From Paramecium tetraurelia (Eukaryota): DNA of 64,000 nucleotides. The notes under the pieces are model-generated. The model made no database searches. It was not told the DNA's origin and saw only the letters and a list, made by a program, of their open reading frames with translations. The stretch covers positions 124,001 to 188,000 of the forward strand of contig CT868662.1 in assembly GCA_000165425.1 (NCBI GenBank), in the 5' to 3' direction. The translations under genes were made by a program, and so were the position numbers. Numbering within the stretch: the first letter of the stretch is position 1; every line of letters starts with the position of its first letter. This document shows positions 52,416-64,000 of this stretch, piece by piece.

Positions 52416-55400
52416 TCAGAATTCCTATTGTTGATGTTAAACTTCTATTCTTGAGAATCTCTCCTCCACAATCTCCTCGTGATTTTCTAAATTAAACTGT
52501 TCTAACCTATCTTGTTTGATGATATCAATAGCATCATCAAAAACTAGACAGATGAGAGGCTTATTAACGGTGAAATCACTCTCTCTTGGTGGTACATAGC
52601 TAATGAATGTAGTGATGTTGATAATACCAATAATCTCTGTATCTTTCAATTCCTTCGCCATCATCTGAGATGCAACTTTGGATTTCTCCTTTTATGATGT
52701 ACCCTCCGAACATAAACTCCACATTAGAATGAACATCAAACTTTTTGAACTATGTCTTCTACCTCAAAAACTACCCCAATCTCTTTGCTTCCATCTAAGC
52801 CAATGGACCTGCCTAAGATTCAAACAATTTGATTAAGTATTCTATTCAATTAAACAAATGCTTACCAATTGAATTTATGTATATTTTTTATTCAAATACT
52901 TCAGACTTCGACATCAACGACTTGAGCACATTCAAATTTAGAGAATGTAAGACAGTCTCAGATGCAGCTCTAGCAGTGGTCATGCATTTGCCATCTCCAA
53001 TCAAATTAGCATATGAAAGTAAAGAGCCCAATCCCTTTTTCAATATATGTGTGCCAACCTCATCATCTACGGTACCTTTTTAAACAATGTATATGTTTTA
53101 ACAAGTCATGCCTTTTTCGTATACAATTTCATCTTATTAATACCTCTTTTCGTAGGTTGATTTGACAATGGTATCCAATTCTTCCTTGGGCACTCCTGTA
53201 AAAATAGGGAACTCCATTGCGAATGCATGGAAGGTTGGGATTTACCAATCGAAGGAATGATTTTCAAGTTCAACTAAACGAGCATCAATATTGGCCTTAA
53301 GAGAATTGAATTCCTTATCATCGACCAATCCATTTTTTTGGTTCTCTTCCAGATGGTGTCTTTAATGCATCAGAACTGTATGGGATGCTCTTTTGGTTTG
53401 AATGGCTCTAATGACTTCAGGGAAGGTGTCGTTCAAACTTCCCAAATAGATCTCAGCCTTAGTGATGTCATTCCTGAGTTCATCCATAATTAATTTGACT
53501 GCTCCCTTGTTCATGGGCATATGCTATTACAAGGTGATGACTTCAGAAGCGCATGAGATGAATGTGGTAGTCACATCATACACGAATCCCAGATGCTTGG
53601 TGATATACTATTGAGCATATCCACCTAAGAAGGTCCACTCTTTGGCTTTGAAAAAGTATTTGATGCTGCTGAAACTGGTGAAACTTTGGAACAATTATTC
53701 CCAGATGTTGAGGATGGAACCTGTGTGATCAAGAGCGACATCACTAGACTCAACAAGCAATCTGACTGAATCTTCATCGCATTGACCATGCTCAAATTTT
53801 GAATAATAGAGACCCTTGAGGATTCTCAAGACTCTGTATCTAACTTCTCCAAATGTTTCTGAGTCAGTCAATCCTTCGAATGATATTCTGCTAATATTTC
53901 CACCTTGAATCTGTTTGATCTCATTTTCCAATTAGACAACCTCTTGAAGGTATTCCTGAGATCCAACGAGAGCCTTGACTTAATTCCAATCAGCCATAGC
54001 ATAATGTTCATCGCCTTCTAATTCCTTAATGGTGTCCTCTTGATTCACAATCATGTCAGTCAAATAACGTTTATACACTTTCTTCTTTATGACAGGATTT
54101 TCAATCATATTCAGATAATTAACAAGTGCCTTGCAAGTAGTACCATTAACTAGATTCGTTAGAGCAGCCATTCCAGCAGTAAAGAACACAGATAAATGTC
54201 TGAATCTTGGAGGTAAATCGGGATCACATCCAACCATTAGAGAAAGAGTCAATCCCAAAGCACCTCTTAAACCTCCGTAAACGAAGACTATTAATTCAGG
54301 TTAGGACATAGGGTATCCATATTTCTTAAGTAACGGCCAAAATGATATAACCATAAGATATCTACAGATGATCATGAAGAAATAGAAGACTATCATCCTA
54401 AAGTAATCAGAAGTATAAATATATCTTTCTTCAATAACTTCGGTTCCCACTATCATTCCAACCAACAAAAACACTGTGGTGTCACATGCATACTAAACAA
54501 AACTCCAAACAGTATGAACTGCGTGTTCGCTTTCTGATCGAATTCTAGTTTTACCAAAGGCACTCCAAAACAAACCTAATGATACAACAGCAAGCAATCC
54601 ACTAGTCTTGAAGAAACAAAATTCAGCCCAATAGAAAGTGAGATAAGTAAATACAAATGTCAACCAACCTACTTCAACGTCATCTCCTACTATTCTTCTT
54701 GCCCACAATGCTCCGAAGAATCCAACAACAACTCCAAGAACTGGACCTACAATGGAATTTCTACAGAAATTCAATATAACTCCGCCAAAGGTTACTCCAC
54801 CTCCGATACCTGCAGCTGCCTTGGATAATTTATTGAAGAATATGAAAAAGACCATAGCTACTCCATCATTTAGTAATGCTTCTCCTTCAATAAGGTGGTT
54901 GAATGCTGCACTGGCTCCCAACTCCTTCAACAAGGCAACAACTGCCACAGGATCAGTGGCCGAGAGCACTGAACCAAGGGTGAATGCCTAATACCAATTC
55001 ATGTCTTCATCACTATAAAAGAGGAACAATTTGAATACAATTCCTAAAAGTATGGCACCCTAAAGCTTATAAATAGATATTTACCCAACCCACTCCAGGT
55101 CCTGCCAGAAGTAAGATATTTACCATTTAGTATTTGAATACATACCAATCGCAGTTGAATGCTGATTCGAAAAGCAACACAGGAATAAAAACATAGACAA
55201 TTAAATGTGGATGCATATGACTTAGTATACTTGCACTTTCTCCTAAATATCCAAGTGAGCTTTACAACAAACCAATCAATAACCCACAAGACAGGACCAT
55301 TGGAGAATAAGGGAATCTACATCATAATCTTGTTTACTTTGTTTTTTTGTTCACCTCTCTCAAAGCAAGTCCCAAAAGAATGCCAAGAGTAAGCAAGTAA

Positions 55401-55498
55401 GCCACATTAGCAGATTCTTCCATTTTCTCCTCATCTCTAAACAAGGAGTCTTGGTGCATAACATTTTCTCCCTCAGAATGAGTATCTTCTGCTTCCAT
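52416..55498 (-). CDS. Na+/H+ exchanger (CPA1, SOS1/SLC9C-like) with C-terminal cyclic-nucleotide-binding-like domain
   Basis: Motifs LSATDPVAVVALLKELG, LIEGEALLNDGVAMVFF, SGLLAVV and YGGLRGALGL. The C-terminus reads FPIFTG..IVYEKG..IYIVQKG..TTARA. Confidence 0.92.
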
Positions 55499-55560
55499 TA
55501 ATTATTTATTTTTATATTTATGTATCACGTTAATTAAAAATAATTATATAAATGTATGAA

Positions 55561-57659
55561 TCATTTGATTTGCAAAAGCTTTCTGATTTCTTCAGCAGAC
55601 AAGGTCTCCTTCTTGACCAACTCAGTGGCCAACGCTTTAAGTTTATTTTCATTTGATTTCAACAATGTCTTCACTCGGTTATAAGATTCCTTGTGCTAAA
55701 CATAAGATATACCTCCAGAATCTTCTTTACCTCCATATCAACCATATAATCAAACTAATCACTAGTTTTGACTCTGTCCCCTTGAATAGAAATCAAGGAA
55801 ATCTTATCATCCATTCCCAATTACTTCACAAACATATAAGCCAAATCTGTTGCTTTTGCCAAGTCATTGCTGCATCCACTCGTAATATCATCCCTTCCAA
55901 GAAACAGATCTTCTGCTGCTCGCCCTCCCATGGCCACATCAATTGAGGCGATAATTCCCCTCCTTGTATAGTTCAATTGATCTTTTTCTGGTAGCATTGC
56001 TGTCTATTAGAGAATACTAAACAAATATTTACAAATCCCAAGGCTCCTCCTCTAGGCAATATCGTTACTTTATGTAATGGCATAGCTCCAACTGTTAATA
56101 AACTAGTGAGGGCATGTCCACCCTCATGATAAGCTGTCATCAATTTCTCCTTATCACTCACATGCATATTCTTTCTTCCTATTCCCATTGATATTCTATC
56201 GATTGCAAACTCAAAATCTTCAGTTGTAGCTATTTATCTGTCGTATTTGATTGCATTCAAAATAGCTACATTGACCATATTCTGAATATCAGCACCACTG
56301 AATCCACTAGTTTATCTGGCCAAGTTTGAAGGCAAGACTTTCTTTTCTTCAAATTTAATCTTATTTAAATAATAAGAAAATATTTATTCTCTTCCTTTTA
56401 CATCAGGCAATGGAACATGAATCATCTTATCGAATCTCCCTGGTCGTTTTAATGCTGGGTCTAAAACCTATCACTCTACTAATTTTATAATACTTATTCA
56501 AAATTGGTGGCTCCTATCACAATGACACTCTCAGTCTATTTGAATCCATCCATCTCTGTAAGAATTTAGTTTATAGTATCTCTTGAATACCCTGGATCCT
56601 AAGCTCTTCTTCTCCCTCCTATACTGTCTATTTCATCTATGAAGATAATTGAAGGAGCCTTAGCCCTCGCTGCTTTAAATATTTCTCTGACTCTTGAAGC
56701 TCCAACACCAACAAACATCTCATCAAATTCAGATCCAGATTTGTAAAAAAAGGCGCATCCAGCTTCACCAGCCAATGCTCTTGCCAAAAGAGTCTTCCCT
56801 GTTCCTGGAGGTCCAACTAATAGAATGCCTTTTGGTAGTTTAGCTCCTGAGTCAGTATATTTTTTAGGATTCTTCAAAAATTCAACTATCTCCTCCAACT
56901 CTTCTTTGAATTCATCTATTCCCAACACATCATTAAAACGAGTAGGAATATTTCTCTCCTCTTGAACACTCTGATTGTTTCGCAATATGTTATAAAATCG
57001 ATCCATTCTACCTACTCCCTAATCAGAATTCTCACTTTATGCTTTTTCATTCTTAGGCTTTGTTTGATTTGGCTGAAAATAGTAAAATAATTGATATATT
57101 ATTGCAGCTGTTATAAGTAATTGGATTACCCCTGGCAAAATCAATGATTTACGCTTGTCAGCATACAAGTTAGATTTCTGGTTAGTTATAGCAATCCCAT
57201 ATTGTTCTTGCAATTGCTAAAATTATTTAGGCGTCGCGCCTTCCCTGAAATCTATTAGTTATAACCCATACATGATACCTGCTTGTTTGAATATTTAAAC
57301 TACCTCCTCGTACATTTGCATGCGATTTAATTATCTAACATAGTTGAATGTTTTTTCAGGATTTTGAGGATCAGAAGCGAAGTCCTTCTGTAGTAAACGC
57401 AGGGTCTGAATGTTTTATTAATTGACTAGGAATGTTGAGTCTGCGTGGATGAAAGGCGAGAAATCGAATTAATAATCTGGGATGTTGGCAGATTTCCTAA
57501 TGAGATCCTCTTTGTTCAATTGAAATGGACTTTAAAGAAACTTAAATGTCGGTTCTTGAGAATTATGAGTAATACTTACTTCTGAATCTGAAAAGTGATT
57601 TATACACAAATCCCCAAAGAAACTACCTTAAGAATGATCATATTTACCGGTCCTTTCAT
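55561..57659 (-). CDS. YME1: Mitochondrial i-AAA metalloprotease (YME1/FtsH)
   Basis: Motifs [52 protein letters not shown] and [10 protein letters not shown]. The basic N-terminus appears after two tiny introns are removed. Confidence 0.95.
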
Positions 57660-57689
57660 TCAATATAAAGCACAAATAAAATATAATTA

Positions 57690-58072
57690 ATGAATCTCGA
57701 TAGCGCAGCTGACTTTTGTCCCCAATGTCATTTTATGTTAGAACTTCCAGAAGTCATGGACATAATAGAGTGCAACCGTTGCGGATACAAAGTATTCAAT
57801 CACGTATATGCAATTAGTGTTCCATCACAGATTACCAACCTAAATACATCATTTCAACCATCAAAATGGAACCTAAATCATGGCTATCCAATCAACCCCA
57901 AGAGTCTAAACTCTCCGATCAATCGCATAGAGCTGTTATTGAGCAAGTCTGTCCCAAATGTAGCCATGAGGAAGCCTACTTCTCAACCGCACAATTAAGA
58001 TCAGCCGATGAAGGATCCACTGTATTCTATGAATGCGTCAAATGCCAGTTCCGTTACCAATTAAATAACTGA
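57690..58072 (+). CDS. RPA12: RNA polymerase I subunit A12.2
   Basis: FCPQC..ECNRC N-terminal ribbon, one 26-nt intron, then CPKCSHEEAYFSTAQLRSADEGSTVFYECVKC. Confidence 0.92.
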
Positions 58073-58134
58073 ATTTTCACGTGTAATATATGTATATATT
58101 CAATTCACATCGACTAACTAAACAATATTAATTT

Positions 58135-58804
58135 ATGCTCTAAAACTTTATATAAGAATTTGTGCATACTCAATTCACATTGAGGCCATAGTTGTATCAA
58201 AGGTGCGGTTTTGAGGCTAGATATTTGTTTAATTTTGGAGAATACTGCGATCCCAGACATTAATTGCCAATCAGCATAGTCATCTGGAGATTGCCCCCTG
58301 CAGAACAATTAAAATAAGCAACTCATCCTCAAAATGACATCATCACTTACATCTTAAAGGGGCAATACAGACAAGATAAGTATCATCTCAAGATTATTGT
58401 TTAGCTCCATCTCAGAAAATTAATCATTCAAAGAAGGAGATGCTGTTTAATATATTTGTGGAAATGACAATTCATATCACCGAGACAGCAATAACTCTTA
58501 GGATGTTTCAGAAATACTATAAATTTTCATCTAAAATATTGATGTCCAAAGGGATACTTGCTAATAACTTTACAAGCATAACTAAATAATAAGAAATGAG
58601 AAATATTATGAGATGTGCATATTGCAAGGGGAATCACTTATTGACAACACTAATTTCACCTTTCTTATTGTCCTCAATTTAGATGAAGCCTTATTGAGCA
58701 TTGATGACAAACTAAACTTAAGAAAGTACGAATGCCAATATTTCAATACCTTAACTAAAATTAAAATTAGTGGTAACAAATATATTGTAATTAAATTGCT
58801 TTGA
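58135..58804 (+). CDS. Hypothetical protein
   Basis: One frame is open from about 58184 to the TGA at 58802-58804. Joining it to the ATG at 58135 needs an atypical 22-nt intron. Confidence 0.35.
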
Positions 58805-58835
58805 TTTTCTATAATAATATAAAATTAGAATTATT

Positions 58836-60427
58836 TCATTCTTATTATTCAGGGGGCTATGGGATCTTCACCATCTCTTTGTTCTTCAAACAATACATGG
58901 CTATAAACTCAAGAGGATCTTTGGGTCTCTCTATGTCTACCAATTGTAAAGCAGGCATTAACAATGGCAGGATTGTCTTACGTAAGTAATCGGCATCAGA
59001 GCATTCTTCCAACAATTCCCAATCACTCTTCTTGGGTATTTCAGCCTATTCTTCAGGGATTCCTTTTTCTATTCTTTCAATTTCTTCGTTTCTGTTTCTT
59101 TCACATATTTCAATTTGTTTTATGAAGTAATCAGGATCTTTAATAACATCCAAAATGTCCACATGTACTAAGTACTTATTCAAACACTTCTTTCTACTTA
59201 GATTTTCCAATGTCACACAGTCTGTCACTTAAACTAAGTTATTTTCATTTCTATATTTTATTAAATATAAATTACTCTTGAATTCCATCATCAAAAAATA
59301 TGTGAAGTGTATCAGGATCTTATTAATCAACATACAATTATTTAGCATTCTATTCATTTGGTTAGGCTTAATAAAAGTGATAATCATCAACATAGCACAA
59401 AGCACAACTCTCCTTCAATGATTCAGTAATCTTTAAAAGCATTTGTGTTTCATTGTAGATTTAGACTTATTCTTCTTCCAATTCCTTTTCGTATCCATCT
59501 TCCAATTGTTATTTATCAGTTCTTCTCAATGTTCCTGTCACTAATTATTTCTATTGTCTATAAACTAAGGCACATTGTTTATCCAATATTATATAACTCT
59601 TAGTCCCTTTTGATCCGTCAAATTTAACTATGGGAGTATTGTTTCTACCACTAAAACATGGATGTTCTCCTAAACAAAATTTATTAAACTCTCTCAATAT
59701 GTTTTTTGGATCTGTTCCAAATGGTCGAAATACTACTGCAAATTCTCTCTTCTACTTTTTCAAATTGATTATTGTCTTATAAAATGTAGGTAACAATTAA
59801 TATTTATTATCTGAAAATAAATTATTTAGCATATCTTTGTCCGATAACAATTAAGTTAAATTTCTTTACTTAACCTCATCTTCATTCAAGAAACCAAATT
59901 CCTCAGCTTATTGCTTTAATTCTTCAATCACAGCCTTTGGCAAAGTCTAATGTATGCTAATAATGAACACTATACAATCAATTTAACAATCCTGTCATAT
60001 TCCGGTTTCAACTTCATACATGGTTACCCTAATTTGACAAACTGAAAATATAATTATTTGCGTTATTCTCTAGTATAAATTATTAATCTATATTACATTG
60101 CACTATTATTATATTCTGTAATATCATCTGGATCTCCTTCGGTTTTCAGTGGAAACTATTCACATATGTATTCCTTATAAGAGATCATATCTTCACTAGG
60201 TCTGATTGGAGTGAAGTTGTTTGTTAATAATTTCCATAGGACTGGGGATTTCTCATCTCTCTACTCTAATTTACCCCATGCATATCCAACAAGGATTTCT
60301 TGTAACTAAAACTTAAGATTTCTTTCCATACACATTCTTCTTTGGTTTGATTTGTATATTTGGAATCTGCCAAAAGAATAGTTTTATTCAAATCAAAATG
60401 TAGCACTAATTTTTTTTGCTGTTTCAT
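58836..60427 (-). CDS. Uncharacterised HAD-like domain protein with C-terminal Dpy-30 motif
   Basis: N-terminus KLVLHFDLNKTILLAD; middle FAVVFRPFGTD..EFNKFCLGEHP and LHIFFDD; C-terminus DYLRKTILPLLMPALQLVDIERPKDPLEFIAMYCLKN. Confidence 0.8.
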
Positions 60428-60456
60428 AATTTAATTATATATTATTTAATTATATT

Positions 60457-62421
60457 TCATTTCAGTGTTTGAAACACAGACATTTTTTATTATTTCTTTT
60501 TAAAAGAAAATTAATCGAGCACACTTTTCTTCTTTGTGTTAACCAAACCTTTAGTTGAGTTCATTTTATTCTACTCCTCTTCATATTGAGCAATTAGCCC
60601 TAAATAATACTAAGTACTGTTTTGTAATTCCTAAATATAAGTAGATGAATACTTCTTTGGGGTCAGATCCAGAATTTCGTTTTCTTTACAATTCAATCAT
60701 ATATAAGCAAGTTTTATATTTTGATTTTCTTTTATCGTAAATGATCTTGACTTCAGAAGCCACTGTAGGAAATTCCTTCAGGAGATTTCTAAAAATATCA
60801 TATGAACAGAAGAATCTAAATAATTGATAAAATGTACAAATTAGTAGGTTCTTTGGCTATGGCAAAATACTCTCTATTAATGTCTTCAAATGCTTCTATT
60901 TCACCAAAAAATGAGGCTTCCAAAAGGGTAATTAAAGTATATTTGTCATGAGTAACAAAATTGACTTTCCCTTTTTCGATAAAATATATGTCGGTTGGAG
61001 GATCATCCTGTCTGTATATGATTTCTCCAGGATGGACTTCTAAGAAATTGAGATGAGGTAAAATAGTAGCTGTGAAATTCTTATCGATCTTAAGTAATGA
61101 GACACTATCAATCAAATATTTATAACAAATCATCAACAATTCATTACGAATTTATGATGGTAGTTCCTATATCAACTTTTTAGGTTCGAGAGATGAATAC
61201 ACATTTTTTAGATAGTTATTTCTATAGTACTTATGTACTTTGCATTTTAGAGCATAAGGTAATTTAACTCTGACTGAGAAATCATTGAACAAATGCATTC
61301 TTCTCTCAAAATCAACCCATTTTTTATCTACATTTTCCAAAATAGATGACAATTTTCCCAAAGTATAAGAAAAGAATCCAGTACCAAATATCATCCAAAT
61401 TATAGCAAACACTCTTTCTTCGATTGTAGTAGCCTTAATATCACCATAGCCTACAGTAGTGAGAGTCTACAGACTCCATTCAAAAGCAGCTATGTATTTA
61501 TTATAGAGAGTGGCATCTTCAAGATGTGCTTAAGTGACCCAGGTGTTTGGATCGAATTCATTAAATTTTGCAATGAAATACCAAAAGCAGGCAATGAGAT
61601 GATTGATCAATAAAATTTTGCCCAAGAGAATCAGTCCCTTGATGATACCTTCATTGATTCCTAAATAAGAGAGGATTCGGGCTGCTTATGTTTTGTTTTT
61701 AATATTCAAATTAGCTTTTGAAATCTTTAATAAACGAACTAACCTATATAAACGAGGCAATCGAATTAATCTTAGCAATTTATTGTATCTAAGCGCTGCA
61801 GTATCAGTCTGGTCATCGAGGAAATAGGTAATTGGTAAAACTGCAATAACATCAACTGTAAACCATCCATATAAATATTATTTGGCTATCATTCTATAAT
61901 TGTCAACAATTTTCTGTTCCTCATCATAGAATGCACTCAAAAAGTTTATGATTATATCTGCAAAGAACAAAACATCAAATATAACATCTACCCAAAACCA
62001 AAATCCTTCATTTCCAGAATCAATCTATTAATAGTAAATGTAATTTCATACAAAGCACACTTTAAATGGTGTAATGACTGCTGTTGCCAATAATAAAAAT
62101 ATCAATAACATATTCCAAAACTGTTTTAAATTATTCATCTGGGTAAAATACATATACCTTCTTTTCTTCTTGATTTGATTTAAAAACCTCATCCTCAATC
62201 AAATCCATATGATCATCTTGTCTAATTGCTCCATAAATCTTAACTCTATTCTGAAAGGATCTCATAATGCCGATAAAATAAGATGCCAGAAACACTCTTC
62301 TCCAAACAGAAACTAGTCTTTGCTTCTTCCCTTCATCTAGCTTCTTATAAAACGAGAAGTTCTAAAGAAAATCTAACTTCCTGAAGAAGACATTAAAAAC
62401 AGTGATTTATGAATTATTCAT
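60457..62421 (-). CDS. Six-TM K+ channel with cyclic-nucleotide-binding domain (EAG/CNG-like); +1 frameshift near 62125
   Basis: S4 LLRLIRLPRLYRLVRLLK, pore QTLTTVGYGDI, a C-linker, and CNBD IYRQDD..IYFIEKG..FFGEIE..REYFAIA. Confidence 0.93.
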
Positions 62422-62479
62422 AATAATTATTTAGAATCACCTTCATTATAACTAAAATCGATGATATGACAATATATAA

Positions 62480-63971
62480 TCAATTCTAATAGGAACTCTA
62501 TCTGACCCTTTATGCCATCTCTGGAGGTAACTTATTTGGAGGTCCTTGTTTTGATCCAAATTCTTTTTGATGGGTTTAATAGTCATTTCTACAATATCCT
62601 AATTAAAAGTGATGTGTTCTCAAATCCTAAAAGATGTATGAACAATAAACTTACTTTTTTCATTTCTGCATCCATTTTACTTGGTTGTCCATGAGGATTC
62701 TTGAATTATGCCTTTGCCACTGATTCAGTTGTGTCTTCATCAGTTCCAAACTTAAAGTGATGTTTCCTTAACTCAGCTTAGACTTCTTCCTGCAATTTTC
62801 CTGGCTTCGAATGAAAATCTCTGAACCTAGCTTAAGCCTCACTCTAATAACTCAATTTATCATTTCCAATCATGATATTCTTGGAATTATCCACTATTGG
62901 ATTAACTTTCTCAGCCTTTTATCCATCAAATTATTGATTATATGTGCTTTTATAATGTTCTTATACGGTAGGTCTCGACAACTTCATCTTTAAGATCAAA
63001 ATGGAATTTGATTGAAAAATTATGGGATTCCTAACCTATTCTTATTGTCCTTTTCTATCTGAGAACTAAGATCTGTAAGCTGATTGATAGTTGACAGCTT
63101 ATTCATTTCCTACTTGAAAATGAGTAGCTCTCAAGTCTTTTAATTGTGCCTCATTTAATATGGATCTATCACCTTGATTGCCTACATGAGAAGCCTTAGC
63201 TTAACTTGTGTATTCGACTCTGTCTGTACCCATAGTTATGTGTGTATTTCTAACTAATTGTTAGGTTTTGTCTTGAAAATTGTTCACTTACGCCTAGGGT
63301 TTACCATATATAGCTTAATTCTGAGTTGTGTAACCATTGCCATCTCTTCCCATCACCAAATTGGTTTTTCTTAATTGAACATTCATTTCTGCCATTCTTT
63401 CTTTTGAGTATCCCTGTCCTAATAAAGCCTTGTCATATTGTTTGTTATGCACAGTATCGTACATTGAGGAGTAGTAATTATTCGTGTCCCCAAAGTCGTG
63501 ATGATGTTTACGTAAATCTGCATTATCAGCCTTCTTGAAATTGTTTTTGCCTTGATCTGCAAAATTCTATTCGTATTCAGTTGGCTTATTGTAATCGTGA
63601 TAACCTAGTTGGAAATGATGAGATCTCAAATCTTTTTTTGTCTCATCGCTCAATTTAGCAACAGCTGCACTTTAGGGTCTTTAATAGTCAGATTTTTATA
63701 TGGACTCCAATTTAGGTTTGTCATCTCCCAAGTGAAAATGATTCTATTGTAGTTTAGGAGGTTGTATGGGCTACTACGGTTGCAGTTATTCTAACTTCTA
63801 ATCCTTCTCCACAACAGATGTCATTGGTCTCACTTTGGCTGCCTTCTACATTGGCATGGGTTGTTTGGCCACGGATTGATGGTTTGTGTCCTCATCAAAT
63901 CCAAAGTGAAAGTGAGCCTTCCTCAATTCTTAAACATGTTTTAGTCTCTCAGCAGTTGCATTTGAACTCAT
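62480..63971 (-). CDS. Repeat protein with ~35-40-aa LRx(H/T)(H/N)FxLG...(S/T)...(Y/F) units, probable microtubule-binding protein (TEX45/SAXO5-like)
   Basis: Units LRKAHFHFG, LQQNHFHLG, LRSHHFQLG, LRKHHHDFG, LRKTNLVMG, LRATHFQVG and LRKHHFKFG, each followed by a T/S..Y/F motif. Confidence 0.7.
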
Positions 63972-64000
63972 GTTATAAATAATTTAATCTGTTATTCAAA

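Noticed and set aside
58106..58702. Minus-strand frame with an in-frame TGA near 58478
   Set aside because: It looks like the antisense shadow of the plus-strand ORF, and there is no evidence for recoding.
62418..62421. Possible ATGA stop/start overlap between the repeat gene and the K+ channel
   Set aside because: The repeat-bearing frame of the upstream gene stops earlier, at 62480.
11168..63971. Apparent enrichment of ciliary genes (RSP3, centrin, IFT22, TTLL, Dpy-30 protein, repeat protein)
   Set aside because: They are interspersed with unrelated housekeeping genes, and such genes are abundant genome-wide in ciliates.
1..64000. Telomeric repeats, transposons, retained IESs, CRISPR arrays, rRNA
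   Set aside because: None seen. The frameshifts are single-base, not TA-bounded insertions of 26 bp or more.

Overview
This is AT-rich, gene-dense ciliate macronuclear DNA, almost certainly from Paramecium. TAA/TAG are read as Gln, only TGA stops translation, introns are tiny (about 20-30 nt, GT..AG), and a trichocyst-matrix-protein gene is present. The supplied ORF track uses the wrong genetic code and ignores introns, so I re-read the genes by hand with translation table 6. About 30 protein genes, one tRNA-Asn and a 150-N assembly gap are supported. Recognisable genes include glutamine synthetase, PUS1, DUS1, radial spoke protein 3, peroxisomal thiolase, two SET proteins, a three-repeat Myb, CNOT9, centrin, an ABC1 kinase, IFT22, a TTLL-like protein, two tandem giant PAS-TM proteins, an SOS1-like Na+/H+ exchanger, YME1, RPA12 and a CNBD K+ channel. 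The most notable observations are: (1) a stand-alone RNase III + dsRBD protein with its catalytic acidic residues replaced, including the exact equivalent of the binding-only E117K allele; (2) RSP3 fused to a possible dead carbonic-anhydrase-like domain; (3) a HAD-like/Dpy-30 fusion; (4) a degenerate TTLL; (5) a 16-bp head-to-head gene spacer; and (6) three single-base frameshifts in otherwise intact genes. All calls come from manual translation and motif recall. No database search was run, and gene boundaries may be slightly off.
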